From Enterobacteria phage Kha5h: a stretch of DNA of 64,000 bases. Under the pieces are notes generated by a model. The model was not told the origin of the DNA. It searched no databases and was given only the letters and a program-made list of their open reading frames with translations. The stretch lies in the sequence record NC_054905.1. One strand, 5' to 3'. Shown here piece by piece: positions 59,453 to 64,000 of the stretch (the stretch's first letter is position 1; every line of letters begins with the position of its first letter). The position numbers and the translations under genes are program-made.

Positions 59453-61717
59453 TCATAATTTACAGGATGAACAATCTTCAGCTTTTGGAGTTTCTATTTC
59501 ATAATCATCAGTACCAGAACCATCGCGGGTATTATGATAATAGAAATTTTTTCCGCCAAAATACCAAAAATACAAAAGGTCATCAATCATTATTGACATT
59601 GGAACCTTGCCTTTAGGGAAGATTTGGGGGTCATAGTATGTATTCGCCGAAGCTGATTGACATACCCATTTCAGCATAATAGCTACCTGCGTAAGATAAG
59701 GTTTATTACCTTTCTTAGCTAATTTCCATGTATAATCATAGAGGTCTATGTTATGCTCAATATTGGGCACGACTTGATTAAAGGAGCCCTCTTTTGATTC
59801 TTTAACAGAGACTGGTCCACGTGGAGGCTCGATACCGTTTGTACTGTTAGAAACTTGGGAAGATGACTCACATGGCATAAGTGCTGATAATGTGCTATTA
59901 CGGATGCCAAAGAGCTTAAGGTCTTCCCGCAGCGACGACCAGTCACAAACGTATTTTGGAGCTGCGATTTGGTCAATCTTTTTATTGTACCAGTCGATAG
60001 GTAATTCGCCTCGAGACCAACGAGTGTCTGAATAATATTCGCAAGGTCCTTTTTCTTTGGCGAGCTTAATGGATGCTTTAATGAGTCCATACTGTAATCT
60101 CTCAAATAGTTCATGTGTTAAATCGTTAGCATCTTCATAAGAAGCAAAGTTACTTGCCAGCCAAGCTGCATAGTTAGTAACACCTACACCGAGGTTACGA
60201 CGCTTTTTAGCTTTTTCTGCTTCAGGAACTGGATATCCTTGGTAATCCAAAAGATTATCAAGAGCACGAACTTGGACTTCTGCCAATTCATTAATTTTAT
60301 CTTGGTCTTGCCAGTCAAAATTATCCAGTACGAATGCAGAGAGAGTACACAATCCAATTTCAGCATCAGGACTATTCACATCATTTGTTGGAATAGCAAT
60401 TTCACAGCACAAGTTACTCTGACGAATAGGTGCCTTTTCACGAATAAACGGAGTATAGTTATTCGTATTATCAATGAACTGCACATAAATCCTTGCTGTT
60501 CCTGAACGTTCAGTCATGAGCAATTCAAATAGTTCACGGGCTTTAATACGCTTTTTACGAATATTAGGGTCTTTTTCTGCTGCTTCGTATAATTCACGGA
60601 AACGGTCTTGGTCTTTAAAATAAGAATAATACAGCTCTCCACCCATTTCATGTGGACTGAACAAAGTAATGTAATCGTTCTTTCCGAATCGTTCCATCAT
60701 CAAATCATTCAGCTGAACACCATAATCCATATGACGAATGCGGTTTTCTTCTACACCTTTGTTATTTTTCAAAACGAGAAGATTTTCAACTTCCAAATGC
60801 CAAATAGGATAATAAGCAGTAGCAGCGCCGCCACGAATTCCACCCTGTGAGCATGATTTAACTGCAGTCTGAAAATGTTTCCAAAAAGGAATAACACCAG
60901 TATGGCGTACTTCACCTGTGCCAATCTTAGAACCTTCGGCACGAATCATACCAACGTTAATACCAATTCCAGCGCGTTTGGAGATATATTCAACAATTGA
61001 AGCGGAAGCCTTATTGATAGACTTTAATGAATCACCTGCCTCAATAACAACGCATGAACTAAACTGTCGAGTCGGAGTACGACAGCCAGCCATAATAGGA
61101 GTTGGCAATGAAATCTGTCGAGTAGATACTGCTTCATAAAAACGAATAACGTGTTTTAATCTATCAACAGGTTCATCTTGATGCAATGCCATTCCAATAG
61201 TCATAAATGCAAACTGCGGAGTTTCATAAATTTGACCAGTGGTTTTATCTTTAACGAGATATTTTTCTTTTAATTGCATCGCCCCGGAATAAGTAAATTC
61301 CATATCCCGCTCGTGCTTAATTTTTGATTCTAAAAACGTAATTTCTTCTGCTGAATATTTTGACAGCAGTTCAGGGTCATATTTACCTTCATTTACACAG
61401 TAAGAAATATGGTCAATAAATGAACGTGGTTCATATTGTCCGTAAACATGCTTACGAAGAGCAAACATTAAACAGCGAGCGGCTACGTATTGATAATCAG
61501 GCTCTTCAACTGAAATAGAATTCGCAGCAGCCTTAATTACAATGGTTTGAATGTCATCAGTGGTCATTCCATCACGGAGATATGATTTAATATTTTCATA
61601 TAATTCATAAGGATCTACAGATGTTCCTTCAGCTGCCCAGGATAAAACTTTAATAATTTTTTGCGGGTCAAAGCTCTGAGAAACACCACTACTTTTGATA
61701 ACATTAATTAATTGCAT
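59453..61717 (-). CDS. nrdA: Ribonucleotide reductase large subunit
   Basis: 754 aa; active-site region SNLCCEI; C-terminal Cys pair. Confidence 0.92.
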   Translation of the reverse strand: MQLINVIKSSGVSQSFDPQKIIKVLSWAAEGTSVDPYELYENIKSYLRDGMTTDDIQTIVIKAAANSISVEEPDYQYVAARCLMFALRKHVYGQYEPRSFIDHISYCVNEGKYDPELLSKYSAEEITFLESKIKHERDMEFTYSGAMQLKEKYLVKDKTTGQIYETPQFAFMTIGMALHQDEPVDRLKHVIRFYEAVSTRQISLPTPIMAGCRTPTRQFSSCVVIEAGDSLKSINKASASIVEYISKRAGIGINVGMIRAEGSKIGTGEVRHTGVIPFWKHFQTAVKSCSQGGIRGGAATAYYPIWHLEVENLLVLKNNKGVEENRIRHMDYGVQLNDLMMERFGKNDYITLFSPHEMGGELYYSYFKDQDRFRELYEAAEKDPNIRKKRIKARELFELLMTERSGTARIYVQFIDNTNNYTPFIREKAPIRQSNLCCEIAIPTNDVNSPDAEIGLCTLSAFVLDNFDWQDQDKINELAEVQVRALDNLLDYQGYPVPEAEKAKKRRNLGVGVTNYAAWLASNFASYEDANDLTHELFERLQYGLIKASIKLAKEKGPCEYYSDTRWSRGELPIDWYNKKIDQIAAPKYVCDWSSLREDLKLFGIRNSTLSALMPCESSSQVSNSTNGIEPPRGPVSVKESKEGSFNQVVPNIEHNIDLYDYTWKLAKKGNKPYLTQVAIMLKWVCQSASANTYYDPQIFPKGKVPMSIMIDDLLYFWYFGGKNFYYHNTRDGSGTDDYEIETPKAEDCSSCKL

Positions 61718-62034
61718 AAGTCCTCAACTTGAAAATCGTCTTTAAACAATCGGTTAACTATATGAGCTATTATATCACCATGACACGGCTTTGGTTTACA
61801 TGTGCATCCTAGCCTCATTCCACGTAAAGGCTCTAAATGTGCTTTAGTTATTTCTCCGGATTTAATTCGACGTATAAAATCTTTTTTGAATAATTCAATG
61901 GCAGCCTCCCGGCTGCCAGCATCTTTACCGACGTAATTTCCCCAAAATGTATCACGGTGAATATTAACATCAAAGTCGGATTTATATTTATTCACTACCC
62001 GGCATAGACGGCCCGCGTGGTAATAATTCGTCAT
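61708..62034 (-). CDS. Conserved Cys/His-motif protein (nrdA.1-like)
   Basis: 108 aa; motif [12 protein letters not shown] near C-terminus. Confidence 0.6.
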   Translation of the reverse strand: MTNYYHAGRLCRVVNKYKSDFDVNIHRDTFWGNYVGKDAGSREAAIELFKKDFIRRIKSGEITKAHLEPLRGMRLGCTCKPKPCHGDIIAHIVNRLFKDDFQVEDLCN

Positions 62035-62263
62035 ATTGTTTTTCCGTTAAAACAGTAATATCATAATAACAATCAGAAGAAGTTTTAACTGTAGAAATTT
62101 TATTATCAAAATACTCACGAGTCATTTTATGAGTATAATATTTTTTGCCATAAATGATAATAGGCTGTTCTGGTCCTGGAACTTCTAACTCGCTTGGATT
62201 AGGAAGTGTAAAAAGAACGACACCAGAAGTATCCTTAAATCGTAAAATCATATATCCTCTCAA
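61988..62263 (-). CDS. Hypothetical protein (nrdA.2-like); start uncertain
   Basis: 91 aa ORF overlapping the downstream gene by 47 nt. Confidence 0.5.
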   Translation of the reverse strand: MRGYMILRFKDTSGVVLFTLPNPSELEVPGPEQPIIIYGKKYYTHKMTREYFDNKISTVKTSSDCYYDITVLTEKQYDELLPRGPSMPGSE

Positions 62264-62274
62264 TTAAATTAAAA

Positions 62275-63135
62275 TTACACCGCCATCTTTCCTTTCAATA
62301 CACCGTGGGACTGATAATCTTTGAGAACGAAATCCCGTGCTGTCATATATTCAGTTAACCAATACATTTGAGTTTCAGTATCGCATTGACTGAATCCATT
62401 AGGCCAATTAATACTGAGTTTGCATAGATCCATAGGAGTTCTATTTAATATCTCTTTGCATTGCTCAATATGGTTAGAATAAATGTGTGTATTACCACCC
62501 GAGAATACCAAATCGCCCGGAACTAGTTCACACATGTCAGCAACAATATGCAAAAGAGCAGCATAACTCGCGATGTTAAATGGAAGACCGAGGAAAACAT
62601 CTACCGAACGTTGATACCATTGGAGGTCAAGGTATCCGTTACGCACATTAAACTGATAGAACATATGACAAGGAGGTAATGCCATCTGCTTGAGTTCAGC
62701 TGGATTCCATGCCGACACAATTTGACGCCTATCGTTGGGAAATGTTTTAATACGATTAACAACTTCTACAATTTGATCTACACCACCAAAATCACGCCAC
62801 TGTTTTCCGTAAATTGGACCAAGTTCACCGCTATGATAACCTAAGTCTTTGGCCTGGTTTTCGTAGTTTTCATCCCAAATTGTTTTTCCTGCAATTAAAG
62901 ATCCATGAGTACGTTGACGTAAATCATTTACGTTAGTACTTCCTGATAAGAACCACAATAACTCAGAAATACATGCATTCCAGGCGAGCTTCTTAGTCGT
63001 TACTGCAGGAAAACCTTTAGTTAAATCCCAGCGTAATTTAGTACCGAACAAAGCAATTGTTCCTGTGCCTGTTCGGTCATCAGTTTCATAGCCATTTTCA
63101 AAAATGTCTTTAATTAAATCTTGGTATTGTTTCAT
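62275..63135 (-). CDS. td: Thymidylate synthase, uninterrupted
   Basis: 286 aa continuous ORF; catalytic LPPCH motif and DLQWYQRSVD region. Confidence 0.92.
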   Translation of the reverse strand: MKQYQDLIKDIFENGYETDDRTGTGTIALFGTKLRWDLTKGFPAVTTKKLAWNACISELLWFLSGSTNVNDLRQRTHGSLIAGKTIWDENYENQAKDLGYHSGELGPIYGKQWRDFGGVDQIVEVVNRIKTFPNDRRQIVSAWNPAELKQMALPPCHMFYQFNVRNGYLDLQWYQRSVDVFLGLPFNIASYAALLHIVADMCELVPGDLVFSGGNTHIYSNHIEQCKEILNRTPMDLCKLSINWPNGFSQCDTETQMYWLTEYMTARDFVLKDYQSHGVLKGKMAV

Positions 63136-63179
63136 TTAGTACCTTATATAAATTATAATACATTTTATGAAGCTAATAA

Positions 63180-63539
63180 TCAATACGGTTTAGCATCAAA
63201 TTTTCTTTCGATTTCAGGAGTGAAATATAATTCTTTACCACGTTTGGAAAAACGACCAATAATATGATAATTATTCTCATCAAACGTGATATTACCAATA
63301 TCCATAGCTTTCAACCAAATATCGATATTTCTATCTAGTTTTATATCAAAATTCCAATACGGAGAACTATTACCAAAAATACTACAAGCGGATTCAGTGA
63401 AACAACTGCTATAAATCTTGTCTTTAGGAACTACTAATTGATAGACGCCTTTAATAAACTGAGGACCCTGCCATTTTGGTTGTTTCGCGTCTTTTTCTAA
63501 TAGAATAGGGTAATAATTAAAATTCATATTTTCCGCCAC
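63180..63539 (-). CDS. Hypothetical protein between td and frd; start may be the ATG 12 nt inside the track ORF
   Basis: 119 aa track ORF begins at a non-ATG codon; no recognisable motif. Confidence 0.5.
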   Translation of the reverse strand: MAENMNFNYYPILLEKDAKQPKWQGPQFIKGVYQLVVPKDKIYSSCFTESACSIFGNSSPYWNFDIKLDRNIDIWLKAMDIGNITFDENNYHIIGRFSKRGKELYFTPEIERKFDAKPY

Positions 63540-63547
63540 GTGTTATT

Positions 63548-64000
<453 letters not shown>

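Noticed and set aside
58223-63135. Possible group I introns in nrdB or td
   Set aside because: Both reading frames are continuous at full length with no intervening structured insert

Overview
This window reads as a contiguous segment of a T4-like (T-even, Tequatrovirus-type) myophage genome. Calls rest on direct reading of the ORF-track translations, catalytic motifs, gene order and recalled T4 protein lengths; no database search was run. Positions 1-26800 and 34685-40924 carry the late morphogenesis module on the + strand: baseplate wedge gp6-gp11, short tail fibre gp12, fibritin, neck gp13/14, gp15, terminase gp16/17, sheath gp18, tube gp19, portal gp20, head core gp67/68, prohead protease gp21, scaffold gp22, major capsid gp23, vertex gp24, then hub and tape-measure genes 51-27-28-29-48-54. 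Interleaved and downstream on the - strand are rnlB, hoc, inh, uvsY, gp25/26 and a long early/middle region: two Alt-family ADP-ribosyltransferase paralogs, DNA ligase 30, a cluster of small 30.x-like ORFs, rIII, gp31, cd, pseT, a spanin pair, alc, rnlA, denA, nrdB, nrdA, td and partial frd. A SegE-like GIY-YIG homing endonuclease and uvsW sit on the + strand between inh and uvsY. Late promoters (TATAAATA) and tetraloop hairpin terminators punctuate the late genes. No rRNA, tRNA or CRISPR array was recognised. The most interesting material is in the accessory regions: the tandem Alt paralogs, a duplicated 54-bp promoter/leader cassette, recurring hairpin-promoter cassettes, a NADAR-like and a HAD-like protein near ligase, an extra ORF between td and frd, and uninterrupted nrdB and td genes. 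Several start codons were corrected from the track where it extended to upstream TTG/GTG codons; non-CDS coordinates are approximate to within a few nt.
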